From: an uncultured Chlamydiae bacterium
GTDB taxonomy: Bacteria > Chlamydiota > Chlamydiia > Chlamydiales > Parachlamydiaceae
DNA: 64,000 nt
Direction: 5' to 3'
NCBI GenBank assembly: GCA_963754655.1
Contig: CAVWGN010000001.1
Span: forward strand, 128,001 to 192,000
The position numbers were made by a program, and so were the translations under genes. The notes below the pieces were generated by a model. That model did not search any database. It had not been told where the DNA came from and saw nothing but the letters and a program-made list of their open reading frames with translations. Below, piece after piece: positions 29,040 to 38,858 of this stretch (the first letter of the stretch is position 1; every line of letters starts with the position of its first letter).

Positions 29040-30365
29040 CTAGTGCCTTGCAAAATTTTCTGTCCATGGCCATACCCAACCCCAGTTTGCTCCCCTAAAA
29101 TAGGTTCCAATGATAATGAGAATTCCTTGCCAAGTCATGAATAGGGTATAGAAGAAGATGGCAAGATAACGGCTGCGATGAAACCAGACACCTTCTCCAT
29201 GAGGATTGCGATCCAAATAAGGAATTGCCATCAACCCCAACACCATAAGACTTGGAATTCCCACTCCTCCCCAAAAAGCATTATAAGCGACCATTTCTTG
29301 TAGCCCTAAAAAGTACCAAGGAGCTTTTGAAGGATTTGTCGGTTTTGTTGGATTCGCAGGTTCTTCCAAAGGAGCATTGATAAAAGATAATGCCAATACA
29401 ACAGCTGTCGTTAACAAAAAAACAAGAAGTTCAGCACGCAGCAAATGTGGCCATGTAAACACAAAATTATAGGGACCTTTATCCACTGTGGGACAAGTTC
29501 CTCGTACGAGTTCCATCAATCCATAAGTACGTTTGACACCTGGTGCAAAAGATTCTTTTGTATCAGAACGCTGAACAACACGATAAGGAGCAGGTCGAAA
29601 TTTATCTGGCGGACGAGAAAGCCCACCATCCTTACGGATACGCCAGAAATGTACACCAATTAATGTTCCTGCTATTAAGGGCAAAACAGCCACATGTAGA
29701 ACATAAAAACGAATCAAGGCATCTTGCCCGACAACGGTCGATGCTAGTAACATCACACGGTTGACATTGTATTCAAAGCCCGGCAGATTAGGAACATAAC
29801 CTGCGATATTGGTTCCAACTGTAATCGCCCAAAAGGCCAGTTGATCCCAAGGCAGTAAATAACCTGTAAAAGATAAAACAAGCGTGAGAACCATCAGTAT
29901 CACACCAATGACCCAGTTAAAACGTCGTGTGCCTTTATATGATCCTGTATAAAAAACGCGTGACATATGCAAAAAGACAAACAGAACCATGAGATGGGCG
30001 CTCCAGCGATGCATATTGCGATACATCATGGCAAAGGGCGTTGTATCTTGCCAATCTTTCATGATCTCATAGGCGCGATCTTCAGCAGGAATGTAATAAA
30101 ACATGAGAATAACGCCAGTAAAGGTCAAAAATAGAAATAAGCTGGTCGTAATGGTCCCAAGGCCAAGCGTATAAAAGGGATCAAGCGAATGTTTGTGACA
30201 CTTGACCGGATGGAAATGCAAAAAAAAGTTTTTAAAGACAATCTCGGAGCGATCGACATCATTATTGGGATAATTATGACGAAAAATGGATCGTACAAAT
30301 AGAGAAGGAAGATTGGCTAGATATTCTCCCCATGTTTCCCTTTTTTTTCCTTGAAAAACAGCCAT
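29040..30365 (-). CDS. Cytochrome b of a Rieske/b complex (b6-like domain fused to a subunit IV-like domain)
   Basis: [11 protein letters not shown]...[15 protein letters not shown]-x14-H in helix [10 protein letters not shown] (PEWY equivalent), PYLD; SD AAGGAG before the ATG at 30365. Confidence 0.92.
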   Translation of the reverse strand: MAVFQGKKRETWGEYLANLPSLFVRSIFRHNYPNNDVDRSEIVFKNFFLHFHPVKCHKHSLDPFYTLGLGTITTSLFLFLTFTGVILMFYYIPAEDRAYEIMKDWQDTTPFAMMYRNMHRWSAHLMVLFVFLHMSRVFYTGSYKGTRRFNWVIGVILMVLTLVLSFTGYLLPWDQLAFWAITVGTNIAGYVPNLPGFEYNVNRVMLLASTVVGQDALIRFYVLHVAVLPLIAGTLIGVHFWRIRKDGGLSRPPDKFRPAPYRVVQRSDTKESFAPGVKRTYGLMELVRGTCPTVDKGPYNFVFTWPHLLRAELLVFLLTTAVVLALSFINAPLEEPANPTKPTNPSKAPWYFLGLQEMVAYNAFWGGVGIPSLMVLGLMAIPYLDRNPHGEGVWFHRSRYLAIFFYTLFMTWQGILIIIGTYFRGANWGWVWPWTENFARH

Positions 30366-30895
30366 AAATGACTTCTGCTCCTTATGTTGGTAGGTAAATA
30401 CCAGGCAGCATCCCAATCCAGCGTTGTTTTAGACTTGTCAACCATCAAATCTCCTGATGCTGCTTTAAAGACTTTAAAATAAACAAGCGGTAAAGGAGCG
30501 GGGCCTCCCGTATTTTTTCCATGACGATCATAGGTCGATCCATGGCAGGGACAAGCATAGCCCGTTTCCACCATGTTGACCGTACACCCCAAATGCGTAC
30601 ATACAGCAGTTTGCACCCTCACTTTTCCAGACAAGGTTTCCACAAAGACTTTTTGCTTAGGATAAAACAATTTTCCATCCCGCGACAAAATCTCTTCAGG
30701 ACGCCCAATTGAAAAAATACTTGGAGGAACTTTCATGGCATTAGGATATAAAAATCCTAAAACTGAAGCCCCAACTAATTGGCCTGCTCCTATCAAGCAA
30801 GCTCCAACTCCCATCAGCGCCAAAAATGAGCGCCTGGAAATGCGAGGATCTTTATCTTCTGGATCGACATTTAACGTATTTCTATATTTTGGCAT
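30317..30895 (-). CDS. Rieske [2Fe-2S] protein
   Basis: Tat motif [26 protein letters not shown]. Confidence 0.93.
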   Translation of the reverse strand: MPKYRNTLNVDPEDKDPRISRRSFLALMGVGACLIGAGQLVGASVLGFLYPNAMKVPPSIFSIGRPEEILSRDGKLFYPKQKVFVETLSGKVRVQTAVCTHLGCTVNMVETGYACPCHGSTYDRHGKNTGGPAPLPLVYFKVFKAASGDLMVDKSKTTLDWDAAWYLPTNIRSRSHLWLFFKEKKGKHGENI

Positions 30896-30907
30896 TTTTC
30901 ATCTCTT

Positions 30908-31048
30908 TCAACTATCAGGGTTTTCTTCTCGAAATAACTGGTATTTAACAGCTTCATCATCTTCAAATTGTCCTTTGCGCCAATAGTAAACGTAAAGTCC
31001 AAGACCGCCTAAAGCTGCTGCTATCGAACCGATAATCATCCAAAACAT
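30908..31048 (-). CDS. ccoS: cbb3 oxidase maturation protein CcoS-like (46 aa, absent from the ORF track)
   Basis: MFWMIIGSIAAALGGLGLYVYYWRKGQFEDDEAVKYQLFREENPDS; TM helix plus W-x-x-GQF(E/D)D motif; GGAG SD upstream. Confidence 0.75.
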   Translation of the reverse strand: MFWMIIGSIAAALGGLGLYVYYWRKGQFEDDEAVKYQLFREENPDS

Positions 31049-31214
31049 CTATACTACTCCTTCACTTTACTTTTGGCACCTTGGATAATTCTCTGAAACC
31101 TCCTTCGATTAAACGATTGCTAGTGGATCACTATTAAACAATATGGAACACTTACAATCATTTTATCCCCGGGCTTTCAATCAGTCCAATAGGCAAAAAC
31201 TAATGTAAACGTTA

Positions 31215-33059
31215 CTAACCTATCCAACGAAACGAATAATTCATAACATCCATGGTCACTGCCTGAGTGGGACATTTTTCAGCACAAAGCCCACAGCGAA
31301 TGCAAACATCTTCATCTTTAAGCATGGCTGTTCCCATCTCAGCTAAATCTTCATCATCCATACTTGATGAATTGACCCCATAAAAATTATCAACAGCGCG
31401 GCGTAATTCTCCATCTCCTAAATCAAGATTCAGCTTGCTGATGGGAATTTGCTTTAGGCAATTACATGGACAAACATCTACACAACCATTGCATTTGATG
31501 CATAAAGTGCCATCGAAAACCGGAGAAACATGGCATTGAAGACAGCGGTGAGCTTGATTGTGTGCCTCTTCGGCCGTATAATTATTTTCCACCATGTTTT
31601 CATTTTTCACTCTGATTTGAGGAGGCTGCATGGTGGGCAACGCCCATTTGGTGCGCAGATAGGTTTTATCACGCATGGGAGGAATTTCAGTAAATTCTCC
31701 TACAAATTCTTGATAGGGTTTTGTTCCACGCAAATCGCTGTCAATGGAACGAGCAGCTTCTTGACCATGCCGAATGCCAGTAATGAACAAAGCAGGCCCA
31801 AAAGCAGCATCACCTCCTGCATACACTCCTTTAACGGAGGTACGTCCCGACTCACGTTCTGTTTTGATGATGCCTCGATCAATTTTGAGTTGATCTTTTT
31901 GATCCCAGCCATCAAAAATGCTGAGATCCATCGCTTGTCCAATGGCTAAGGCAATGGTATCGCAAGGAATGACATATTGACTATCAGGAATATATTTAGG
32001 AGCAAACCGCCCGGTGTGATCAAAGAGCGAATAAATGGGTTGGACGCGTAGCCCAATGACTTTACCCTCTGCATTGCGTTCTACAGCAATAGGTCCGACG
32101 CGATTGATGATTTTAATCCCTTCTTCAATTCCATCTTCAATTTCAAATTCATCTGCTGTTTGTTCATCCCTCGATTCTAAACAAACCATGGTCACAGTTT
32201 GAGCTCCATTACGAACTGATGTGCGAGCAACGTCAAAAGCCACATTTCCTCCGCCCACAACCACAATGTGTTTGCCAATTTTCCAGGGCTCTTCTACGCA
32301 ACGTACACGCAAATATTCAATGCCGCGAATAATATCAGGAGCATCTGCACCTGGGATAGGAAGATCACGCGACTTCCATAATCCAATTCCAATAAAAACA
32401 GCTTGATAGCGCTGCATGAGCTCTGTCAGGGTAATGTCGCGACCGACTTTCATATTGTAGTGAATTTTAGCACCCAAATACTCAATGGCATAACATTCGT
32501 TAATGGCAATCTCATTTTTCAGGCGATAGGACGGAACGCCATACACCAACATGCCACCAGGTAAACGCATCATTTCATAGATATCGACAGCATATCCCAA
32601 CCGCAGTAAGTCATGCGCACAAGTCAAAGAAGCAACACCCGCACCAATACAGGCAACACGCAATCCATTGGGTTCTGGGTGAGTAGAACCGCGAGCATAG
32701 CTAAATTCTAAGGATTTGACATGCGCCTCTTTGCTAAGACCAAACCACTCATCCAAGTAGCGTTTTTGGGCACGAATGGTCAGTGTTTTGTCAATGCGGT
32801 CGCGCCTGCAAGTCACTTCACAGGGAGCGCCGCAAATCATTCCGCAAATGGAGGCAAAGGGATTGGGCCCACGTGCAATCTTATATCCTTCTAAAAGATT
32901 GCCCGCATGCAAGGCCATCATGTAGCCTCGGCCATCTGTTTTGACAGGACAGCCATCACGACAATCAATTTGACGAATAAAATAATCCAAATCCGGAATG
33001 GTGACATCATAAAGCTCTCGATAGCTCTCAATGATCTTTTCATCTTGTTCATCTGTCAT
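31215..33059 (-). CDS. FAD/NAD(P)-binding Fe-S oxidoreductase, GltD/NfnB/DsrL-like, with a C-terminal 2x[4Fe-4S] ferredoxin
   Basis: CRDGCP, CGMICGAPCEVTC, GGML.YG.P.YRL, VVVGGGNVAFD, RCLQC, CIKCNGCVDVCP, CIRCGLCAEKCP. Confidence 0.88.
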   Translation of the reverse strand: MTDEQDEKIIESYRELYDVTIPDLDYFIRQIDCRDGCPVKTDGRGYMMALHAGNLLEGYKIARGPNPFASICGMICGAPCEVTCRRDRIDKTLTIRAQKRYLDEWFGLSKEAHVKSLEFSYARGSTHPEPNGLRVACIGAGVASLTCAHDLLRLGYAVDIYEMMRLPGGMLVYGVPSYRLKNEIAINECYAIEYLGAKIHYNMKVGRDITLTELMQRYQAVFIGIGLWKSRDLPIPGADAPDIIRGIEYLRVRCVEEPWKIGKHIVVVGGGNVAFDVARTSVRNGAQTVTMVCLESRDEQTADEFEIEDGIEEGIKIINRVGPIAVERNAEGKVIGLRVQPIYSLFDHTGRFAPKYIPDSQYVIPCDTIALAIGQAMDLSIFDGWDQKDQLKIDRGIIKTERESGRTSVKGVYAGGDAAFGPALFITGIRHGQEAARSIDSDLRGTKPYQEFVGEFTEIPPMRDKTYLRTKWALPTMQPPQIRVKNENMVENNYTAEEAHNQAHRCLQCHVSPVFDGTLCIKCNGCVDVCPCNCLKQIPISKLNLDLGDGELRRAVDNFYGVNSSSMDDEDLAEMGTAMLKDEDVCIRCGLCAEKCPTQAVTMDVMNYSFRWIG

Positions 33060-33182
33060 AAGGTGCCAGTCTTAAAAGCTCTCACTGATCTCTCAACTCA
33101 AAACTTATTTTACTAGCAATCTATCAAACTAAGTTGTTTTTTAAAAAGATTATTTAATTCTTTTGAATTGTAAGCGTTTTTT

Positions 33183-34367
33183 TCACTTCAAATCAAATGA
33201 ACTCAATTCTAATTGAAATCGCTTTTCAAGAGATGGATGAACATGCAGCAGGTGTTTAAACTTCACATAGGCTTGCCAAGCTGCCTTACAATGTCCATCT
33301 GGTTGAGAACGCTTGATAGCACGAATAAGGAGATTTTTGGGCGTATGCTCAACATCAATAAATTCCAAAATCTGTGCTTGATAGCCTAGAGCTTCCAATA
33401 ATTGAACGCGCGCCGCATCAGTTGCTAATGCAGCAAAGCGCTCTTTTAAAATGCCGTGCTTTAAAAGAGGACGGAGTTCTTCTTGTTGGATTTGATGCAT
33501 CAATTCATGTTGGCAACAAGGAACACTTAAGATCACTTGAGCCTGCCAACGAATGGCCTTTTCCAAGGCAGCATCGGTTGCCGTGTCGCAAGCATGCAGC
33601 GACACCACCATATCGATGGGATGCTTTGCTTGATAATGATCGATATCTTCCCGAATAAAGTGAAGATCGTCTTGATAGCCTAAAGATTGCGCTAATTCCT
33701 GGCAATATTGAATGACATCCTGTTTGAGATCTAACCCCAAGAGTTGCACTTGATATCCTTTTATAGCCTTCAAGAAGTGATAGAGGGCAAATGTAAGATA
33801 AGCCTTGCCACACCCAAAATCAATGATATGCAAAGGCCGCGAAGAATCTAAATGAAGTAAAACATCATCGATCATTTCTAAGAAACGATTGATCTGGCGA
33901 AATTTATCTTTCTTGGCTGCATGGACTTTGCCTTCGGCATTCATCACTCCCAGATGCACAAGAAAGGGAATCGGCTCTCCCTCTTGCAGCAAATATTCCT
34001 TTTGCCGATTATGAATGAGGTCAAGAGGTGCTTTTGAAGGCGCTTTTTTTAAGAGCGTGACGTTGCCTTTTTTACTCAATAGCACATGATAATCGGCAGA
34101 AGTTGTATAAAAAAAGATTTGCTTGAAATTTTCAAGGTGTTGCTTCACCCAATTCAAACATTCCTCTTTAAATAAATTACGATGAAAAGCCTGCTGCTGA
34201 CGGTTTTCCGTGACTTGGTAACTCAGTTTCCCCTTAATTAAAAGCGGACGAATGACAACTTTCGAAATATCCTTTGCAATACGTGGTGCACTAAGAGTTG
34301 CTAAAATGAGCTCTTGTTTTTCAAGAATAGTTTCAATTAAATGCTCAATCTCTTGACGCGCTGCCAT
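33183..34367 (-). CDS. SAM-dependent methyltransferase (Methyltransf_32-like)
   Basis: KFRQINRF, IIDFGCGKAYLTF, SLHACDTATD, VPCCQHE, HTPKN. Confidence 0.85.
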   Translation of the reverse strand: MAARQEIEHLIETILEKQELILATLSAPRIAKDISKVVIRPLLIKGKLSYQVTENRQQQAFHRNLFKEECLNWVKQHLENFKQIFFYTTSADYHVLLSKKGNVTLLKKAPSKAPLDLIHNRQKEYLLQEGEPIPFLVHLGVMNAEGKVHAAKKDKFRQINRFLEMIDDVLLHLDSSRPLHIIDFGCGKAYLTFALYHFLKAIKGYQVQLLGLDLKQDVIQYCQELAQSLGYQDDLHFIREDIDHYQAKHPIDMVVSLHACDTATDAALEKAIRWQAQVILSVPCCQHELMHQIQQEELRPLLKHGILKERFAALATDAARVQLLEALGYQAQILEFIDVEHTPKNLLIRAIKRSQPDGHCKAAWQAYVKFKHLLHVHPSLEKRFQLELSSFDLK

Positions 34368-34370
34368 GGC

Positions 34371-35033
34371 TTAAGAAATAAAAAGAGGAGTATTGACATT
34401 TTTCCAATCTCTGGCAAACTGCTCGACCCCTTCTAAAGTCATCGCATCACTTTCAATCAATTTTTCAAACAGTTCATCTTTGACTGTGACTCCATAAATG
34501 CCAGCTTCTGCGCATTGCAAAACATGTTCCACGCTTTGAAGCGATGCGGCTAAAATTTTCGTCTTTAATCGATAAATCTGGAACATCTGCACAATGCTTT
34601 TTAACATGTTCCAAGGATTTTCTCCCGCCATTTCTAAACGACCTACATAAGGAGCAACGAAATCAGCTCCTGCTAGAGCCGCTAGTAGCGCTTGACGAGG
34701 ATGAAAAATCAGCGTTGCCATCGTGGGAATGCCTTGGCGAGACAATAAATGGATGGCTTCTAGTCCATTTTTTGTTAAAGGAATTTTAATAATCAAGCGA
34801 TTGGATAAGGAGTAAAGGTTCTGCCCTTGCTGCACCATCTCACCCGTCTCTTCTGCTACAACTTGAGCTGTCACAGGCCCTTCCTGATAGTGCAAGAGAT
34901 CTTCTAATACTTCTTCCAAATCGCGCTCAGATCGAGCAATCAAAGTGGGATTAGTGGTCACACCGGCTAGCAATCCAAATTTCACTGCTTTTTGAACTAT
35001 TCGAATATTCGTTGTATCTAACCAAATATCCAT
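34371..35033 (-). CDS. Transaldolase, short FSA/TalC type
   Basis: IWLDT, GVTTNPTL, IIKIP (Schiff-base lysine), VAPYVGR, ILAAS. Confidence 0.88.
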   Translation of the reverse strand: MDIWLDTTNIRIVQKAVKFGLLAGVTTNPTLIARSERDLEEVLEDLLHYQEGPVTAQVVAEETGEMVQQGQNLYSLSNRLIIKIPLTKNGLEAIHLLSRQGIPTMATLIFHPRQALLAALAGADFVAPYVGRLEMAGENPWNMLKSIVQMFQIYRLKTKILAASLQSVEHVLQCAEAGIYGVTVKDELFEKLIESDAMTLEGVEQFARDWKNVNTPLFIS

Positions 35034-35154
35034 AATGTTAATCCTCGTCCTTAATCATTTAACTCATTCACAATGAGTCTATCAAAAATAGTCAATTTGG
35101 AAAACAAAGTTATTGTATTGATCCTCTGTTTTCCAACCTGAAGGCGGGGATACT

Positions 35155-35235
35155 CTAGTACCTAACCACAGGAGTTTTGCCTATTGGGCTGCTTGAAAGC
35201 CCCAATAAGTAAAAACTCATATGGTTAAGTACTAG
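35155..35235. repeat. 81-bp imperfect palindrome bounded by CTAG
   Basis: CTAGTACCTAACCACAGGAGTTTTGCCTATTGGGCT pairs with AGCCCCAATAAGTAAAAACTCATATGGTTAAGTACTAG. Confidence 0.7.
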
Positions 35236-35297
35236 GAATTGTCTTAAAATGATAGCGCCTTAGTCCATTAGTTAAGCTTTCGGCTTAAGGAGAGGCA

Positions 35298-35849
35298 CTA
35301 TTGATCATGTCTTAGACTCCTTGCCAAATCTTGAATAAAATTATTCATCACATCTTGAATTAAATCTTGCATTAATCCTATATTCATTTGTTCTTTTTGT
35401 TTGCATGAGCGGCCTATTGAAGTTTGATTAAATACAGATTGCATCTCAGTCATCTTTTGCATTTTTACTTGGTCGCTTATCTCATTGTCTCCTAGAATTT
35501 TTTTTATTTCTATAGAAAATTCTTGCGCCTTTTCCAACTCTTCAATTGTATAAATTTCTAATACCTTAAAAAGTTTCGTTTCATTTACAACATATTTTAC
35601 CTGTTTCTCAAGTGCAAAATTTCCCGCAAAATTTCCCGTTGTTAATTGCAGATCGTTGATACTTTCATAAAGGAAAGATTGCTTGATAGCAGGCGATTCT
35701 CTTAATTTTGATACGTGTTGGAAAAATAGTTGACAAACTAGAGAGATAGGATAAAGATCTTTAACATCTATTTTTTTAAAAATATTGAGTATAGAATCTT
35801 CATTTAAAATAGAATGAAAAATAGATTGATTTTGTTGAATAGGTAACAT
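35298..35849 (-). CDS. F-box domain protein (putative effector)
   Basis: LNEDSILNIFKKIDVKDLYPISLVCQLF matches the F-box consensus. Confidence 0.7.
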   Translation of the reverse strand: MLPIQQNQSIFHSILNEDSILNIFKKIDVKDLYPISLVCQLFFQHVSKLRESPAIKQSFLYESINDLQLTTGNFAGNFALEKQVKYVVNETKLFKVLEIYTIEELEKAQEFSIEIKKILGDNEISDQVKMQKMTEMQSVFNQTSIGRSCKQKEQMNIGLMQDLIQDVMNNFIQDLARSLRHDQ

Positions 35850-36119
35850 ATTTAATAAACTCCTTTTTATAAATTATTAAAACTAATTTATTATTATATT
35901 TTAATTAATAATTAAAATCAAACAAATTATTATTTAAATCATTATTTAAAATATATCATTATAAAATTTTAAAGCTCATGTTGAGAATCATCATTCAATT
36001 GCAAAACGCCACAAAAATTGATCATCTAAGTTAAAGTTATTGGACAAGACATATGAACCTATCGACACTTTACTTTTCATGACCTATAGTGGTCATTACA
36101 GGTCTAAAGACAAGGAATC

Positions 36120-37151
36120 ATGGCAATGATCAAACGTCCCCTCATGGAGTTCACTTCTCGTGGCATTTACTGTCCTAAGGGTCGTTTTTACATCGATCCT
36201 TGGCAGCCAGTCAGTAAAGCAATCATCACACATGCTCATAGCGATCATGCCTATGTTGGACATCGCTATTATTTAACGCAACGCGAGGGCTTACCCATCC
36301 TTCAATACCGTGTTGAAAGACCCGGCGCCCACTTTTATGGTTTAGACTACGGAGAAACAATAAATCTCAATGGCGTTAAGGTTTCTCTGCATCCTGCCGG
36401 TCACATCTTAGGCTCTTCTCAAGTGCGTCTCGAGACCGAGGGACAAGTATGGGTATTTTCAGGCGATTATAAACTCGTTGCAGATGGGATTTGCACACCT
36501 TTTGAACCGGTCAAATGCGATGTGTTTGTTACCGAATCTACTTTTGGTCTTCCCTGCTTTCAATGGGAACCGCAGCATCTCGTCTTTGAAGAAATCAATG
36601 CTTGGTGGCGCTATAATCGCTCGCAAGGCATTACCTCTATTTTACTTGGATATGCACTGGGCAAAGCTCAACGCATTTTAAAGGGAATCGATCCTTCTAT
36701 TGGTCCTTTATTTGCCCATGGAGCTGTATGGAATTTAACGGAAATCATTCGACATCGCTATCCAGATTTATTTCCTCCTATGCCAAAAGTTTCATCTGAA
36801 ATTGCTAAAAAAGATTACACCGGATCTCTTGTCTTAGCCCCTCCCTCTGCCGGTCACAGCACCTGGGTCAATCGCTTTCAACCTTTTCGTATTGGCTATG
36901 CATCTGGTTGGATGGCACTACGTGGAATTCGCCGACGAAATGGAGCCGACAAGGGATTTGTCCTCTCCGATCACGCGGACTGGCCTGGATTGCAGCAAGC
37001 AATTCAAGAGACTGGAGCGCAACGCATCATCGTGACACATGGCTTTACCGAGGTATTTAGCCGCTGGCTACAAGAACAAGGTTATGAGGCTCATGAAGCA
37101 AAAACAGCTTATCGAGGCGAAGAAGATAAGACAGGAGAAGAGAGCGAATGA
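36120..37151 (+). CDS. Ligase-associated DNA damage response exonuclease (MBL/beta-CASP-like)
   Basis: FYIDPW, THAHSDH, AGHILGS, SGDYK, TESTFGLP, LSDHADW. Confidence 0.9.
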   Translation: MAMIKRPLMEFTSRGIYCPKGRFYIDPWQPVSKAIITHAHSDHAYVGHRYYLTQREGLPILQYRVERPGAHFYGLDYGETINLNGVKVSLHPAGHILGSSQVRLETEGQVWVFSGDYKLVADGICTPFEPVKCDVFVTESTFGLPCFQWEPQHLVFEEINAWWRYNRSQGITSILLGYALGKAQRILKGIDPSIGPLFAHGAVWNLTEIIRHRYPDLFPPMPKVSSEIAKKDYTGSLVLAPPSAGHSTWVNRFQPFRIGYASGWMALRGIRRRNGADKGFVLSDHADWPGLQQAIQETGAQRIIVTHGFTEVFSRWLQEQGYEAHEAKTAYRGEEDKTGEESE

Positions 37152-38740
37152 ACGAATTTGTGGAACTTTTCTTAAAACTTGATCAAACCAATAAAACCAA
37201 TGACAAAATTGAAGCTTTAGAAGATTTTTTTAGGCACGCGCCTTCCTCTGATCGCCTTTGGATGATTGCCCTTTTCACGGGACGCCAGCCAAAGCGCACT
37301 GTCAGCAGCCGCTACTTAAAGGAATGGACCATTGAGAAAACACAACTGCCTGAATGGCTGTATGAAGAAACCTATCATGTAGTGGGCGATCTAGCTGAAA
37401 CATTAGCTCTTTTGCTTCCTCAGCAATCTTCTACTAAAAAAAATACGTTAACAGAGTGGATGCTTGCCATACAACACTTGACCACTCAATCACTGTCTGA
37501 AAAAAAAGCGACGATTTTAACTTTCTGGGATCAATTGGATTCAAAAGAGAGATGGGTGTTTAATAAAGTTCTTATTGGAGGATTTCGATTAGGCGTTTCT
37601 CAAAATCTTATTGTACGTGCTTTGGCTAACGTCACTGGTATAGAGGCCAATGTCATTGCTCATCGTTTGATGGGAAATTGGCATCCTACAACTGTTTCAC
37701 CCGATTTTCTACACATTCAGACAGAAGAGCAAGCGCATATTAGCCGTCCTTATCCCTTTTGCCTCGCTTATCCACTAGATATGGAATTAGAAGATTTAGG
37801 ACAATGCTCAGATTGGGCTGCAGAGTGGAAGTGGGATGGAATTCGCGGACAAATAGTGTTTCGGCAAGATGTTATCACCCTGTGGTCGCGCGGCGAAGAA
37901 ATGGTCAATGATCGCTTTCCAGAGCTTGTAAAGCTAGAAAAAATTTTGCCACCCAATTGCGTCATTGATGGGGAAATTGTTGCATTTCGAACTAGCAATG
38001 TACTGCCTTTTCAGCTGCTTCAGCAACGAATTGGACGCAAAAAAATTACCGAGTCTATTTTAAAAGATGTTCCTATTGCATTTTTAGCCTATGATCTAAT
38101 GGAATGGCAAGGAAAAGATTGGCGCAATGAACCCTTTGCCAAACGTCGCAACCAGCTTGAAAAGCTCATTCAACAATTGCCTGCTTCAATTCCCTTGCAT
38201 CTCTCTCCTTTGATTGAATTCAGTACCTGGGAAGATCTCAAAGCTCTGCGTCAACAGTCGCGCCAAAAACAGGCTGAGGGCATTATGCTGAAAAAAAAAG
38301 ATGCTTATTATCATGTAGGACGTAAAAGGGGAGATTGGTGGAAATGGAAAATTGAAGCGTTTACCATTGATGCCGTCATGATTTACGCTCAAAAAGGGCA
38401 TGGCTGGAGAGCGAATGTTTTTTCAGACTACACCTTTGCTGTTTGGTTGAATGACCAACTCATTCCTTTTGCCAAAGCCTATTCTGGACTCACAAAACAG
38501 GAACTTGCCGAGGTCGACCGCTATATCAGAACGCATACCATTGAAAAATTTGGACCTGTTCATGCAGTGAAACCCGAACTTGTCTTTGAAATTGCCTTCG
38601 AAGGCATTCAACTTTCCAAACGCCATAAATCAGGAGTCGCAGTGCGTTTTCCCCGGATTCAACGCTGGCGGCGCGATAAAAAGCCTGAAGATGCTGATAC
38701 CATTGAAACATTGAAAGCTTTGATCGATGTTCCTAACTAA
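37148..38740 (+). CDS. ATP-dependent DNA ligase
   Basis: EWKWDGIR, IDGEI, EGIMLK, WWKWK, VRFPRI.R.R.DK. Confidence 0.95.
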   Translation: MNEFVELFLKLDQTNKTNDKIEALEDFFRHAPSSDRLWMIALFTGRQPKRTVSSRYLKEWTIEKTQLPEWLYEETYHVVGDLAETLALLLPQQSSTKKNTLTEWMLAIQHLTTQSLSEKKATILTFWDQLDSKERWVFNKVLIGGFRLGVSQNLIVRALANVTGIEANVIAHRLMGNWHPTTVSPDFLHIQTEEQAHISRPYPFCLAYPLDMELEDLGQCSDWAAEWKWDGIRGQIVFRQDVITLWSRGEEMVNDRFPELVKLEKILPPNCVIDGEIVAFRTSNVLPFQLLQQRIGRKKITESILKDVPIAFLAYDLMEWQGKDWRNEPFAKRRNQLEKLIQQLPASIPLHLSPLIEFSTWEDLKALRQQSRQKQAEGIMLKKKDAYYHVGRKRGDWWKWKIEAFTIDAVMIYAQKGHGWRANVFSDYTFAVWLNDQLIPFAKAYSGLTKQELAEVDRYIRTHTIEKFGPVHAVKPELVFEIAFEGIQLSKRHKSGVAVRFPRIQRWRRDKKPEDADTIETLKALIDVPN

Positions 38741-38858
38741 TTTTAATCCTAAAACATTGATACACGTCTCTAGGTTAACTTGAGCGCTTTTAAACCGTTT
38801 TCGTTTCTAAAATAAATGCTTATTAGATCACCTTACGCAAGCGAGGCTAAAGAATCAA

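Noticed and set aside
30317..30365. 49-nt Rieske/cytochrome b overlap as a regulatory feature
   Set aside because: More simply explained by stop-codon drift or a 1-nt error near 30385; cannot be resolved without reads.
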